A DNA stretch of 64,000 nt, taken from the NCBI GenBank assembly GCA_963722185.1, contig CAVRKD010000002.1:79362-143361 (forward strand), in the 5' to 3' direction. This DNA is from an uncultured Actinomycetes bacterium. Lineage in GTDB: Bacteria > Actinomycetota > Acidimicrobiia > Acidimicrobiales > JACCXE01. Positions 33,164 through 43,141 of the stretch are shown piece by piece (position 1 is the stretch's first letter; every line of letters begins with the position of its first letter). Made by a program: the position numbers and the translations under genes. Below the pieces are notes generated by a model. The model worked only from the letters and a program-made list of their open reading frames with translations. It was not told where the DNA came from and did not search any database.

Positions 33164-34549
33164 GTGGCGGTCAGTAACGAAGCGCGCGTGGCGCACGTAT
33201 GGCGACGACTCGGGTTCGGCCCTGCGCCGGGCGACGTCGAAGCCGCGGTGAGCACCGGCGGCGCCGCCCCCGCGAGCGCGCTGGTCGACACGCTGCTCGC
33301 GCGTCCGACGACGACGCAAGCCGAGTGGCAATGGCCGGCGGACCTCACCGATCCCGAGCTTCAGTGGGAGAACCAGTCGCGCTGGTTGACGCGCATGTTC
33401 CAGCTATGGGCCACGAGCCCCGGCCAATTGCAGGAACGCGTCGCCTGGATCCTGAGCGGCATTCTCGTCGTCGGATACAACGACGCCGTTCAGTATCTCG
33501 AACTGAAGGAGCACCACAACCGGCTGCGGGCGTGGCCGGCGGCCGCGTCCTACAAGGCGCTGCTGCAAGACGTCGCCAACACCGGCCCGATGCAGAAGTA
33601 CCTGACCGGGATCTTCAGCGAAGCGCCGCACCCGAACGAGAACCTCGCCCGCGAGTTGATGGAGTTGTTCAGCCTCGGCGTGACGCATCCGAAGACCGGC
33701 GCCGACAACTACACCGAGACCGACGTCAAGGAAATCGCGCGAGCGCTCACCGGCTACCGGTGGAACTGGGAGTCGGGCCCGAACACGGTGTGGTTCGACG
33801 TCAACCACTGGGACGGCGGCGCCAAGACGTTTCTGGGCGCGGGGCGCGGTGCGGCGCAACTACCGCAGGTGATCGACGCCATCGCGGCGCACGACTCGTT
33901 CAAGTACTTCATTCCGCAGCGGCTCTACCGCGACCTCGTCGGCTTCAACCCGTCGACGACCGCGCTCGACCAGATGGCCGTTGCGTGGGGAAGCAGCGGG
34001 GATCTGAAGGCGCTCGTGTCCCACATCGCGCATCGGCCCGAGTTCCTGGCCGACGCCACGATCGGTAACCGCGTCAAGAGCCCCGTCGAACTGCTCGCCA
34101 GTGCCATGAAGATTCTCGGGGTCCAGGACGTCTCGGACTGGTCATTGGCGTGGTCGAGCGGCGTGATGCGGCAAAACCCGATCGACCCGCCGGATGTGTC
34201 GGGCTGGGACGGCACGTGGTTGCACCCGACGCACCTCGTCGTCTGGTCGCGGTTCCAGTACTGGTTCTGCTGGGCCGACCGCGGCCCCGAGGCCGACGGA
34301 ACGACCGACGCCACTCCACCGCAGAAACAGAGTCCGACGATTCGCAAGCTGTTCGCCGAGGCGACGCGGGCGACCGCGGCTGACATGGCGCTGAAGTTGG
34401 CCGGGCTGCATGACGTGTCCACCCAGACGCGCTCGGCCATCGACACCTACGCCAAGGCGTCGGACTGGACCGGCGAGGCGTGGTCGTTCTGGCGGGCGTG
34501 CGGCGTCATGCAGATGGTCTTCGACAGCCCCGAGTTCTTGGTGAGTTGA
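33164..34549 (+). CDS. DUF1800 family protein (copy 2)
   Basis: Paralogue of 30094-31443 with the same motifs. Confidence 0.88.
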   Translation: MAVSNEARVAHVWRRLGFGPAPGDVEAAVSTGGAAPASALVDTLLARPTTTQAEWQWPADLTDPELQWENQSRWLTRMFQLWATSPGQLQERVAWILSGILVVGYNDAVQYLELKEHHNRLRAWPAAASYKALLQDVANTGPMQKYLTGIFSEAPHPNENLARELMELFSLGVTHPKTGADNYTETDVKEIARALTGYRWNWESGPNTVWFDVNHWDGGAKTFLGAGRGAAQLPQVIDAIAAHDSFKYFIPQRLYRDLVGFNPSTTALDQMAVAWGSSGDLKALVSHIAHRPEFLADATIGNRVKSPVELLASAMKILGVQDVSDWSLAWSSGVMRQNPIDPPDVSGWDGTWLHPTHLVVWSRFQYWFCWADRGPEADGTTDATPPQKQSPTIRKLFAEATRATAADMALKLAGLHDVSTQTRSAIDTYAKASDWTGEAWSFWRACGVMQMVFDSPEFLVS

Positions 34550-34550
34550 G

Positions 34551-36191
34551 GTGACGATGAACCACTCCCCCAGTCGCCGTCGATTCCTGGTGCAACTCGG
34601 TGCCGCCGCGGCCGCCGGCGTTTCCACGCCGCTGTGGCTCGAACTCGCACAACGTGGCGGGTTGCCCTTCGCATGGGGCGCTGGCGAATCCGACGCACTT
34701 CCGCTCGGCACGCCTATCTGCGTGCACATCGCGCTCGACGGCGGCAACGACTACCTCAACACCCTCGTCCCCGTCAACGACGGCTGGTACCTCGACACCG
34801 CCGCCGGGCACGGCGCCATCGCGCTGACACCGGCCGAGACGCTGGCGTTGAACAGTTCGCCGTACCGGCTGCACGGCAGCCTGCCGTGGTTGGCCAACCG
34901 TTGGAACACCGTGGGCGACGTCGGCTTCGCGCTCGGCGTCGGGAACCTCGAGGCGAACTTCAGTCACTTCGACTCGATGAAGTACTGGGAGACGGCGCAG
35001 CTCAGCGTGCTCGGAAAGACGGGTTGGCTCGGCCGCTACGCGGACACCGTCCGCCCGAACAACCCGCTGGCGAGTGTGGCCATTTCGGACCTGCGGCGCG
35101 AAGCCGTCGGTGCGACCGCGCCGGTGCTGGTCGTGCAGGACTGCGGCGGCTTCGCCTACGACCCACCGTGGCTCAGTTCCAATGTGTTCCTCAACGGCGC
35201 CAAGCAGATGGCGACGATCCCGGGCACGAACAAGATCGCCGAAGTCGCCAAGATGATGGGCACCACGTTCCAGGTCGCCGATCGCATCCACGCCGCCGAC
35301 GACCCCGCTCTGACCGGTCAGACCAGCGGCTACGGAAACCTGCAGTGGATCAGCCAGCAGCTCGTGCAGACGGCGTTGCTCATCAAGGCGGGCGTGCCGG
35401 CGCAGAGCTACACGATGGGCTTCGGACCATTCGACAGCCACAGCGATCAGAAGCAGATGCAGTTCGATCGCTTCACCGAGCTCGACGAGGCGCTGTCGAA
35501 GTTCTTCACCGTTCTCGCCGGGCACGCGCGGCAGAACGACGTGGTCGTGTTGATCACGTCGGAGTTCGGGCGGCAAGGAACAGCGAACCAAGACGGAGGC
35601 ACCGACCACGGTCAAGCGGGCATGGCGGTGTTCATCGGGGGCGGCGTGAAGCGCGGCGTCTTCGGCCAAGCCCCGACGCTGGATCCTGGCGGCCCGACGC
35701 GACCCAACCGCATCTCCGACGCGCTCAAGCCGACGGTCGACTTCCGCAGCGTGCACGCCACGATGCTGAACCGCTTGGCCAAGGGCGACATGAACGTCGC
35801 CGACGCCGTGCTCAACGGCCACTTCGAGGACCTCGGTGTGTTCACCACCGCGACGCCGCCGACGACCACGACGACCGTGCCGGTGACGACCACGACGTCT
35901 ACGTCGACGACCACCACGACGATCGCCAACAAGAAGCCGGTCGCTTCGTTCACGCTCAACCGGCTCACCGGGCAGGTGCCGTTGACTGTGACGGCCGACG
36001 CGTCAGCGTCGCGGGATCCCGATGGCACGATCGCCAAGTATGTGTGGAAATGGGGCGACGGCACCGCCGTCACATACGGGAAGACTCAGACACACAAGTT
36101 CACCAAGCGCGGCACCTTCGCGGTGAGCCTGACCGTCCGCGACAACAAGGGCGCTAGCACCACCGTCACCAAGACGGTGAAGGTGACTTAG
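34551..36191 (+). CDS. DUF1501 family protein with Tat-like signal and PKD domain (copy 2)
   Basis: Paralogue of 31451-33067 with the same motifs. Confidence 0.88.
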   Translation: MTMNHSPSRRRFLVQLGAAAAAGVSTPLWLELAQRGGLPFAWGAGESDALPLGTPICVHIALDGGNDYLNTLVPVNDGWYLDTAAGHGAIALTPAETLALNSSPYRLHGSLPWLANRWNTVGDVGFALGVGNLEANFSHFDSMKYWETAQLSVLGKTGWLGRYADTVRPNNPLASVAISDLRREAVGATAPVLVVQDCGGFAYDPPWLSSNVFLNGAKQMATIPGTNKIAEVAKMMGTTFQVADRIHAADDPALTGQTSGYGNLQWISQQLVQTALLIKAGVPAQSYTMGFGPFDSHSDQKQMQFDRFTELDEALSKFFTVLAGHARQNDVVVLITSEFGRQGTANQDGGTDHGQAGMAVFIGGGVKRGVFGQAPTLDPGGPTRPNRISDALKPTVDFRSVHATMLNRLAKGDMNVADAVLNGHFEDLGVFTTATPPTTTTTVPVTTTTSTSTTTTTIANKKPVASFTLNRLTGQVPLTVTADASASRDPDGTIAKYVWKWGDGTAVTYGKTQTHKFTKRGTFAVSLTVRDNKGASTTVTKTVKVT

Positions 36192-36198
36192 CCGGTCG

Positions 36199-37935
36199 TC
36201 AGAAGACGGGGCTGAACATCACCGCGACCCAGGCGACGAATACAGACTCGGCGACCGCGATGAGCGCGGTGTTGCGTCCCCTCGACCAGGCGGCGGCGGC
36301 GAATACCTCCAGCGCGACGTACTGAACCGCCAAGGGGATGAGGATCAGGTTGAGTACCCCCGGGAGCGCTCCGACGCGGAGGCCGAACGAGAGCACGGCC
36401 AGCTGGAACACCCGGCCAAGCAGGCCGAAGCCGAGACCGGACCAGGTGTTGCCGCGGCGCACGATCGCTTCGAACGCCGCGTAGAACGGCAGCACCATCG
36501 CGGCGAGCAGGACCCAGGAGATGAACCGCTCGAGGCTGGGGACGGTCGCATGCAAGATCACGCCGGCGGGCGCCAGGAGGACGAACATGGCGAGGCCCGC
36601 AAGCACACCCGGTACGCCGACCGAGCGGAACGGCAACCAATCGCCATCGCCGACCCAGCCGGCCACCCGTCCGGTGATCGCGCCGCTGCGTGCGAAGTAG
36701 CGCACCAACCACAGCACGGTCGCGGCGAACAGTGAGGCCACCGCAACCTGTTGGCCGGCGCCGACCGGCAGAATCCCGAAGCCGCCCGTCGCCAACAGCG
36801 GCATCGTGAACAACGACGCGCCCAGGAGCAGCCACCACGCGCCCGGAGTCGTGCCGGTCGCGAGGGGCGGCACGGCCCGTCCGGCGAGTCGGCCGAGGAA
36901 GCCGAACAGGATGACCGCGATCAACGCGTAGGCGGTCGCGGTGGCCCGACGCGGGTCAACGCGCCCGGTCGAGAGCCGCTCGGTCGGCGCGCCGAACGCG
37001 TCGTCGAGGAAAGAGGTGATCGCGTCGAACGTCCGCCCGTCGCTGATCACACTGAGGTGGTTCGTGCCGCTGATCTCGACCGACTTCACTTCCACACCGG
37101 GGCGGGCGCTGAGTGTCGCGGCGGCGGCGGCCTGACTGTCGTGCGTGTAACTCGGATCCGTTTCGGCAACGATGAACAAGACGTGCGGCGGAGTGTGGAC
37201 CTCGTTCGGTGCGTCACCGCCGGAAACCGGAATCACCGCGGCGACTCGGGCGTCGAGCGTTGACCAGTCGAGCGCGGCGCCGGCGCCCATCGAGTGCCCC
37301 AGCACAGCGATACGGGTGGGGTCGACGTACGGCGATGTTTCCGCCCAGTCGATGACCGTTTCGAGGTCCTGGTTGATGTTGCCCTGGAAGCGATTGCGGT
37401 TGCCGCCGTGCCCGCGGAAGTCGAAGGTCATGGTGGCGTATCCAGCGCGGGCGATGCTGCGGGCCATCGTGCTCAAGCCCTGCTGGTCGCTCGAGTAGCC
37501 GTGCGCCATGATGATCAGCGCCGGGCGGTCGCCCTCGCGCCGCGGCTGCGGGAAGATGTCGTCGCCCTCGAGTTCCTCACCCGGCAAGTACAGCGTCGCC
37601 GGTACGCCGTCGCCGAGAACTATGCCCATGTGCGGCGGGCCACCCCACTCCTGCCGGCCCAGCCGCATCAGTTGCATCGACGCGACGAGAACAAGCAGCA
37701 CCACGATGACCGGCGCTACGTAACGCCGGGGATTGCGGGGCTCCGCCACCACGACGGGCTCGTATGCCTTCACGTCAATCGGCGCGACGCCCGACAGTTC
37801 GGTCACTGGGGAGTCTTCGACAACCGTGACTTTCTGCGCCGCCGCCTTCTTCGCCGGAGCCCTCTTCGCCGGCGCCTTCTTCGTCGCGGCTTTCTTGGCT
37901 GGCGCCGCCTTCTTCGGGCGTTGGGTCTGTGCCAT
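36199..37935 (-). CDS. Alpha/beta hydrolase with multi-TM C-terminal domain and Lys/Ala-rich N-terminal tail
   Basis: AHGYS, DFRGHG, GHSMG nucleophile elbow, NH; several TM helices; KKAAPAKK repeats. Confidence 0.8.
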   Translation of the reverse strand: MAQTQRPKKAAPAKKAATKKAPAKRAPAKKAAAQKVTVVEDSPVTELSGVAPIDVKAYEPVVVAEPRNPRRYVAPVIVVLLVLVASMQLMRLGRQEWGGPPHMGIVLGDGVPATLYLPGEELEGDDIFPQPRREGDRPALIIMAHGYSSDQQGLSTMARSIARAGYATMTFDFRGHGGNRNRFQGNINQDLETVIDWAETSPYVDPTRIAVLGHSMGAGAALDWSTLDARVAAVIPVSGGDAPNEVHTPPHVLFIVAETDPSYTHDSQAAAAATLSARPGVEVKSVEISGTNHLSVISDGRTFDAITSFLDDAFGAPTERLSTGRVDPRRATATAYALIAVILFGFLGRLAGRAVPPLATGTTPGAWWLLLGASLFTMPLLATGGFGILPVGAGQQVAVASLFAATVLWLVRYFARSGAITGRVAGWVGDGDWLPFRSVGVPGVLAGLAMFVLLAPAGVILHATVPSLERFISWVLLAAMVLPFYAAFEAIVRRGNTWSGLGFGLLGRVFQLAVLSFGLRVGALPGVLNLILIPLAVQYVALEVFAAAAWSRGRNTALIAVAESVFVAWVAVMFSPVF

Positions 37936-37983
37936 ACGCGCAGTTTGCCCGGAGTGACCCGTCGATGTCGTGGATTTGCGCGG

Positions 37984-38451
37984 CTAGCGGGCGAACTCTT
38001 CGAGCACGAAGCTCGTCTGCGTCGAGCGCACCGCTGGCATCGACTGGAGGCGCTCCAGCACCACGTCGCGCAGGGTCTCCATGTCCGCCGCTCGCACGAG
38101 CAGGACCACGTCGAACGAGCCGGTGGTGAGCGCGACGAACTCGACGCCGGGCAGTTCGAGCACGGTGTCGGCCACGTCGCGCCAGGCGTGCTGGTCGATG
38201 TCCATGAGAATCAGCGCGGTTATGGCGTCGCCTAAGCGGCGGTGGTCGACGTCCACGGTGAAGCGCTTGATCACGCCGTCGTCACGTAGGCGGGCGAGGC
38301 GCTGGTAGGCGTTGGCCCGCGAGACGTTGGCCTGTAGGGCCAGCTCGCTGACCGAGAGGCGACTGTCGTCTCGCAGGAGCGCAATCAGACGACGATCCGT
38401 CTCATCTATGACTGCCGGCGGCCCGGATTTCGACAATTTGTCTCGAACCAC
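37984..38451 (-). CDS. Lrp/AsnC family regulator
   Basis: IDETDRRLIALLRDDSR HTH, TGSFDVVL; divergent from phhA. Confidence 0.9.
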   Translation of the reverse strand: MVRDKLSKSGPPAVIDETDRRLIALLRDDSRLSVSELALQANVSRANAYQRLARLRDDGVIKRFTVDVDHRRLGDAITALILMDIDQHAWRDVADTVLELPGVEFVALTTGSFDVVLLVRAADMETLRDVVLERLQSMPAVRSTQTSFVLEEFAR

Positions 38452-38498
38452 GTCCAGACTGTAGACGATTTCACTGGTTCGGGTAATACTCGAAGACG

Positions 38499-39371
38499 AT
38501 GCCTATGCAACTGGTCGACAAGGGCGTGAACACGCTCGCCTACGGCGGGCAGCTGTCGGCCGATCACCCCGGCTTTACCGACGCCGCTTACCGGGCGCGG
38601 CGCGAAGCGCTCTCGAAGGTCGCCGAGCGCTACCGACGCGGCGGGCCGATCCCCGAGGCGCCGTACGCCGAGGAGGACCACGCGCTGTGGGCCGCGTGCT
38701 CACGCGAGCTCGCGGAGCGGCACGAGCGACTCGCCTGCGACGAATACCTGCGCGGAGTGCACGCGCTCGCGCTGCCGCACGATCACGTCCCGCAGCTGAC
38801 CGAGGTGTCGTCGCTCCTCGAGCCCATCACCGGGTTCAAGTACGAACCCGTGCCCGGGCTGGTGTCGCCGTGGAATTTCTATGGCGCTCTGGGCGACGGG
38901 TGGTTCATGTCGACGCAGTACATCCGTCACCACTCATTGCCGTATTACACGCCCGAGCCAGACGTCGTGCACGAGGTCATCGGTCACGCCAACCAACTGG
39001 CAAGCCCGCAGTTCGCGTCGCTGTACCGCAAGGTCGGCGAGGCGGTGAAGCGCGTGCACACCGATCAGGCGGTGCAGTTCCTGTCGCGGGTGTTCTGGTT
39101 CACCGTCGAGTTCGGTGTCGTGCGTGAGGCGGGTGCGTTGAAGGCGTACGGCGCCGGCATCCTGTCGAGCTTTGGTGAGCTCGACGCGTTCCGCGAGGCC
39201 GACGTTCGCCCGTTCGACATCGCGGCCATGGGAGCGCAGCCATACGACATCACGCGGTACCAACCGGTGTTGTTCGCCGCGGACTCAACCGACGCATTGG
39301 TCGGCGAATTGGGTACGTTCCTCGACACGTACGACGACGACGCCTACACCCGATTGACCCGAGCGGCATGA
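38499..39371 (+). CDS. phhA: Phenylalanine 4-monooxygenase
   Basis: DHPGF, TQYIRH, YTPEPDVVHEVIGH, FWFTVEFG, KAYGAGILSS. Confidence 0.92.
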   Translation: MPMQLVDKGVNTLAYGGQLSADHPGFTDAAYRARREALSKVAERYRRGGPIPEAPYAEEDHALWAACSRELAERHERLACDEYLRGVHALALPHDHVPQLTEVSSLLEPITGFKYEPVPGLVSPWNFYGALGDGWFMSTQYIRHHSLPYYTPEPDVVHEVIGHANQLASPQFASLYRKVGEAVKRVHTDQAVQFLSRVFWFTVEFGVVREAGALKAYGAGILSSFGELDAFREADVRPFDIAAMGAQPYDITRYQPVLFAADSTDALVGELGTFLDTYDDDAYTRLTRAA

Positions 39372-40486
39372 CGTCGCCCGCGGTCACCGAAGCTCCCGCA
39401 TCGCACTTGCGCGGCTGGGACTGCATCGAGTTCTGGGTCGGCAACGCCCGCGCCATGGCGGGGTTTCTCATGAGCGCCTTCGGTTTCGAGTGCACGGCTT
39501 ACGCCGGACCGGAAACCGGCGCTCGTGAGAAGGCGAGCTACGTGCTCGAGCAAGGCGACGTCCGCTTCGTCATCTCGGGCGCGCTGGACGCCGAGTCGCC
39601 GATCGCGCAACACGTGCGCGCCCACGGCGACGGCGTGCACGACCTGGCGTGGTTGGTCGACGACGTCGACGCCGTGTTCGACGCGGCCGTTACACGCGGC
39701 GCGCCTGTCGTGCGCGCGCCGTGGAACGAGGCCGACGACCGCGGCACGCTGCGCCTGGCGCAGATCGGCACCTACGGCGAAACGGTGCACACCTTCGTGG
39801 ACCGGGCGCGTTACGAACCGACGCACCTCGAACCTGGCTACGGACGCGACAACCTGCCGCCCGTGCCAACGGGGCCGCACGTCGGCATCGAGGCTGTCGA
39901 CCACGTGGTCGGCAACGTCGAGAAGGGTCGCCTCGACGACTGGGTGCACTTCTACGCCGAGGTCATGGGGTTCTCGCCGCTGGTGCACTTCTCCGAAGAT
40001 CAGATCTCCACCGAGTACTCGGCGCTCATGTCCACCGTGGTGTGGGACGGCACCAAGATCGTCATGCCGATCAACGAACCCGCCGACGGGCTGAAGAAGA
40101 GTCAGATCCAGGAGTACCTCGAGACCTACGACGGTCCGGGCGTACAGCACATCGCGCTGCGAACCAACGACATCGTCGCCACGGTGGGCGCGTTGCGCGC
40201 CCGTGGGGTGCGCTTCATGCAGGTGCCCCCGACGTACTACGACGATGCCAAGGCGCGCCTCGAAGGCGTCGACCTGCCGTGGGACGCGCTCATGCGCCTC
40301 AACATCCTCGCCGACCGCGACCAGGAGGGGTACCTCCTGCAGATCTTCACCGAGACGATCACCGACCGCCCGACGGTCTTTTTCGAAATCATCGAGCGCC
40401 GCGGTGCCCGCGGGTTCGGCGAAGGCAACTTCAAGGCGCTGTTCGAAGCCATCGAACGCGACCAGGCGCGCCGCGGCAACTTGTGA
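39368..40486 (+). CDS. hppD: 4-hydroxyphenylpyruvate dioxygenase
   Basis: HGDGV, DHVVGNV, PINEP, SQIQEYL, QHIAL, LLQIFT, GFGEGNFKALF. Confidence 0.95.
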   Translation: MTSPAVTEAPASHLRGWDCIEFWVGNARAMAGFLMSAFGFECTAYAGPETGAREKASYVLEQGDVRFVISGALDAESPIAQHVRAHGDGVHDLAWLVDDVDAVFDAAVTRGAPVVRAPWNEADDRGTLRLAQIGTYGETVHTFVDRARYEPTHLEPGYGRDNLPPVPTGPHVGIEAVDHVVGNVEKGRLDDWVHFYAEVMGFSPLVHFSEDQISTEYSALMSTVVWDGTKIVMPINEPADGLKKSQIQEYLETYDGPGVQHIALRTNDIVATVGALRARGVRFMQVPPTYYDDAKARLEGVDLPWDALMRLNILADRDQEGYLLQIFTETITDRPTVFFEIIERRGARGFGEGNFKALFEAIERDQARRGNL

Positions 40487-40938
40487 CCGACTGGCTCGAG
40501 CGGCTCGACGCGGTCCGTGCGCGGCTGCAAACGCTCGCCCAGCGCGACCTTGACGGGCTCACAACGCCCGACGAAGCCACCGGCGAACAGTGGGAGGCCG
40601 GCCAGGTGTGGGCGCACCTCGCGGAGTTCGGGCACTACTGGTTGGACGAGCTGGACAAGGTGCTCGCCGGAGCCGAGGAGTTCGGCCGCGTCAAGACGGA
40701 TCCGGTCCGGATCGCCGCAATCGAAGCCGGACGTCACCTTCCGGTCGCCACCCACATCGCGATCGTGGAGCGCGCGCTGGACGACCTGCGGGCCCGGCTC
40801 GTCGCCATGACCGACGACGACTGGAAGAAGGCGAGCCGGCACTCGACACTCGGCGTGATGGACATCGACGCGCAGATGCAGCACTTCCACGTCGGGCACT
40901 ACGAAGAGCACGCCGACCAACTGGAGTCGCTGCAGTGA
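40483..40938 (+). CDS. DinB superfamily protein
   Basis: W..GQVWAHLAEF and HYEEH His triad; GTGA coupling on both sides. Confidence 0.75.
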   Translation: MTDWLERLDAVRARLQTLAQRDLDGLTTPDEATGEQWEAGQVWAHLAEFGHYWLDELDKVLAGAEEFGRVKTDPVRIAAIEAGRHLPVATHIAIVERALDDLRARLVAMTDDDWKKASRHSTLGVMDIDAQMQHFHVGHYEEHADQLESLQ

Positions 40939-41975
40939 TCGCGTACGGCGTCGCCGACCGACGCGTGGTCGCCCGATTGCGCGACGGCGTCGTCGCCGTC
41001 GGAGACGTCATCGCCGATCCTGTGTTCGAACAGCCGTCGCTCAACGCCTTCATGGCCCAAGGCCCCGCCGCGTGGCGCGAGGTCCGCGAAACCCTTCTGG
41101 TTGGCTCTGGCGTTGCTGAGCAACGCCAGGGCCAACCAGAACGCATGACGATGCCGTTCGAGGTGGCGGACTACGTCGACTTCTACTCGTCGATTCACCA
41201 CGCCACGAACCTGGGCAGGCTCTTCCGTCCCGACAGTGAGCCGTTGCTGCCCAACTGGCGGCACCTGCCCGTCGGCTATCACGGCCGCGCCGGCACCGTC
41301 GTGGTGAGCGGCACCGACGTCGTGCGCCCGACGGGGCTCGTGCAGACCGAGGGTGGCGTCGTGCGCCAGCCGAGCGCCCGGCTCGACATCGAGTTGGAAG
41401 TCGGCTTCGTCGTCGGCGTCGGCAGCGACGGGCCGATCGCCGTCGACGGCGCCGACGCCCACGTGTTCGGCGCCGTGCTGGTCAACGACTGGAGCGCGCG
41501 CGACATCCAGGCCTTCGAGTACCAACCGCTCGGCCCGTTCCTCGGCAAGTCGTTCCTGACGTCGATCTCGCCGTGGGTCGTGCCGTTCGACGAACTGCGG
41601 CCGTTCCTGCGCGCCGCGCCACCACAAGACCCAGTCCCGGATCCCGGGCTGCGCGGCGAGCGCGACTGGGCCATCGACATGCAGCTGGAAGTTGAACTCA
41701 ACGGCACCGTCATTAGCCGCACCAACTTCGCCGACCTGTATTGGACCTTCGCTCAGCAACTGGCGCACATGACCAGCAACGGCGCCACCGCCCGCACGGG
41801 CGACCTGTTCGCGTCGGGCACCGTCTCGGGCGCCGAGCCCGACAGTTACGGATCGCTCATCGAGATGGGCCGCCCGTTCCTCGAAGACGGCGACACGGTT
41901 GTGCTGCGCGGCTGGTGCGGCGAAGGCGACGCTCGCGTCGATCTGGGCGACGTCACCAGTACGGTGCGTTCCTGA
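40935..41975 (+). CDS. fahA: Fumarylacetoacetase
   Basis: DYVDFYSSIHHA, LPVGYHGRA, LDIELE, NDWSARDIQ, PLGPFLGKSF, SGTVSG. Confidence 0.9.
   Translation: MIAYGVADRRVVARLRDGVVAVGDVIADPVFEQPSLNAFMAQGPAAWREVRETLLVGSGVAEQRQGQPERMTMPFEVADYVDFYSSIHHATNLGRLFRPDSEPLLPNWRHLPVGYHGRAGTVVVSGTDVVRPTGLVQTEGGVVRQPSARLDIELEVGFVVGVGSDGPIAVDGADAHVFGAVLVNDWSARDIQAFEYQPLGPFLGKSFLTSISPWVVPFDELRPFLRAAPPQDPVPDPGLRGERDWAIDMQLEVELNGTVISRTNFADLYWTFAQQLAHMTSNGATARTGDLFASGTVSGAEPDSYGSLIEMGRPFLEDGDTVVLRGWCGEGDARVDLGDVTSTVRS
41095..41141. repeat. 47-nt palindromic element inside the fahA coding sequence
   Basis: TTCTGGTTGGCTCTG-G-CGTTGC-TGA-GCAACG-C-CAGGGCCAACCAGAA. Confidence 0.88.
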
Positions 41976-43123
41976 TGTTCTACCGACGCGTCGGCCACGT
42001 TCCGGACAAGCGCCACACGGTGCACCTCGACGAAGGAGGCGACCGCCTCCTCGAGGAACTCGTCGGGCAAGAGGGCTTCTCCGACGTGTCGTCGCTGCTG
42101 TACCACCGTCACTCACCGAGCGCGTTGGTAAGCGTTGAAGCGGTCGACGACGAACGTCCCCCGCTCGTGCCGTTGCACCCGGTCGCTCCTCTCCACCTCC
42201 GTACGGGTGACGTGGCGATGGGCGCCGATCCCGTCCTCGGTCGCAAGCTGCTGCTCGGCAACGAGGACGTCCGCGTGTGCGTCGCGTCGGCCAGCGAATC
42301 GAGTCCGCTGTATCGCGACGCCGTCGGGGATCAACTCGCCTACGTCCAGTCGGGCAACTGCGTGCTGGAGTCGGTGTTCGGCACGACCCAGCTGCGCGCC
42401 GGCGACTACGTGGTCATCCCGGCGGGCGTGACGCACCGCTGGACAGTCGTCTCGCCGGTGGAAGTCCTCTTCTTCGAGAGCAGCGCCCACGTGCGCGCGC
42501 CGCGGAAGTACCTGTCGGCCGCGGGTCAGTTCCTCGAGCACGCGCCGTACTGCGAGCGCGACATCCGCCCGCCCGACGGTCCGTTCGTCGTCTCCGGCGA
42601 AAACGTCGAGGTCATCGTCCGCACGCGCAGCGGGCTGACCCGCCACACGCAAGTGCACCACCCCTTCGACGTGGTCGGATGGGACGGCGGGCTGTACCCG
42701 TGGGCGCTTTCGATCCACGACTTCGAGCCGATCGTCGGCAGCCTCCACCAGCCACCACCCGTTCACCAGACCTTCGAAGGCCCCAACTTCGTCGTGTGCT
42801 CGTTCGTCCCCCGCCTGTTCGACTTCCATCCGGACGCCGTGAAGATCCCGTACTTCCACAGCAACGTCGACAGTGACGAAGTGATCTTCTACTCGGTCGG
42901 CAACTTCATGAGCCGCGGCACCGCCGGCATCGGTGTCGGTTCGATCACGGTGCACCCGGCGGGCTTCGTGCACGGACCGCAACCCGGTAGCTACGAACGA
43001 TCAGTCGACGCCACCCGCACCGAAGAGATCGCCGTGATGCTCGACACCTTCCGACCGCTGCGCATCACCGACACCGCGCAGGCCGTGTCGGATCCGGAGT
43101 ACATCCACAGCTGGTCGAACTGA
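41975..43123 (+). CDS. hmgA: Homogentisate 1,2-dioxygenase
   Basis: HPFDVVGWDG, HQPPPVHQTF, PYFHSNVDSDEV, HGPQPG, AVMLDT. Confidence 0.92.
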   Translation: MFYRRVGHVPDKRHTVHLDEGGDRLLEELVGQEGFSDVSSLLYHRHSPSALVSVEAVDDERPPLVPLHPVAPLHLRTGDVAMGADPVLGRKLLLGNEDVRVCVASASESSPLYRDAVGDQLAYVQSGNCVLESVFGTTQLRAGDYVVIPAGVTHRWTVVSPVEVLFFESSAHVRAPRKYLSAAGQFLEHAPYCERDIRPPDGPFVVSGENVEVIVRTRSGLTRHTQVHHPFDVVGWDGGLYPWALSIHDFEPIVGSLHQPPPVHQTFEGPNFVVCSFVPRLFDFHPDAVKIPYFHSNVDSDEVIFYSVGNFMSRGTAGIGVGSITVHPAGFVHGPQPGSYERSVDATRTEEIAVMLDTFRPLRITDTAQAVSDPEYIHSWSN

Positions 43124-43141
43124 CCCCTACGCTCCCTCGCA

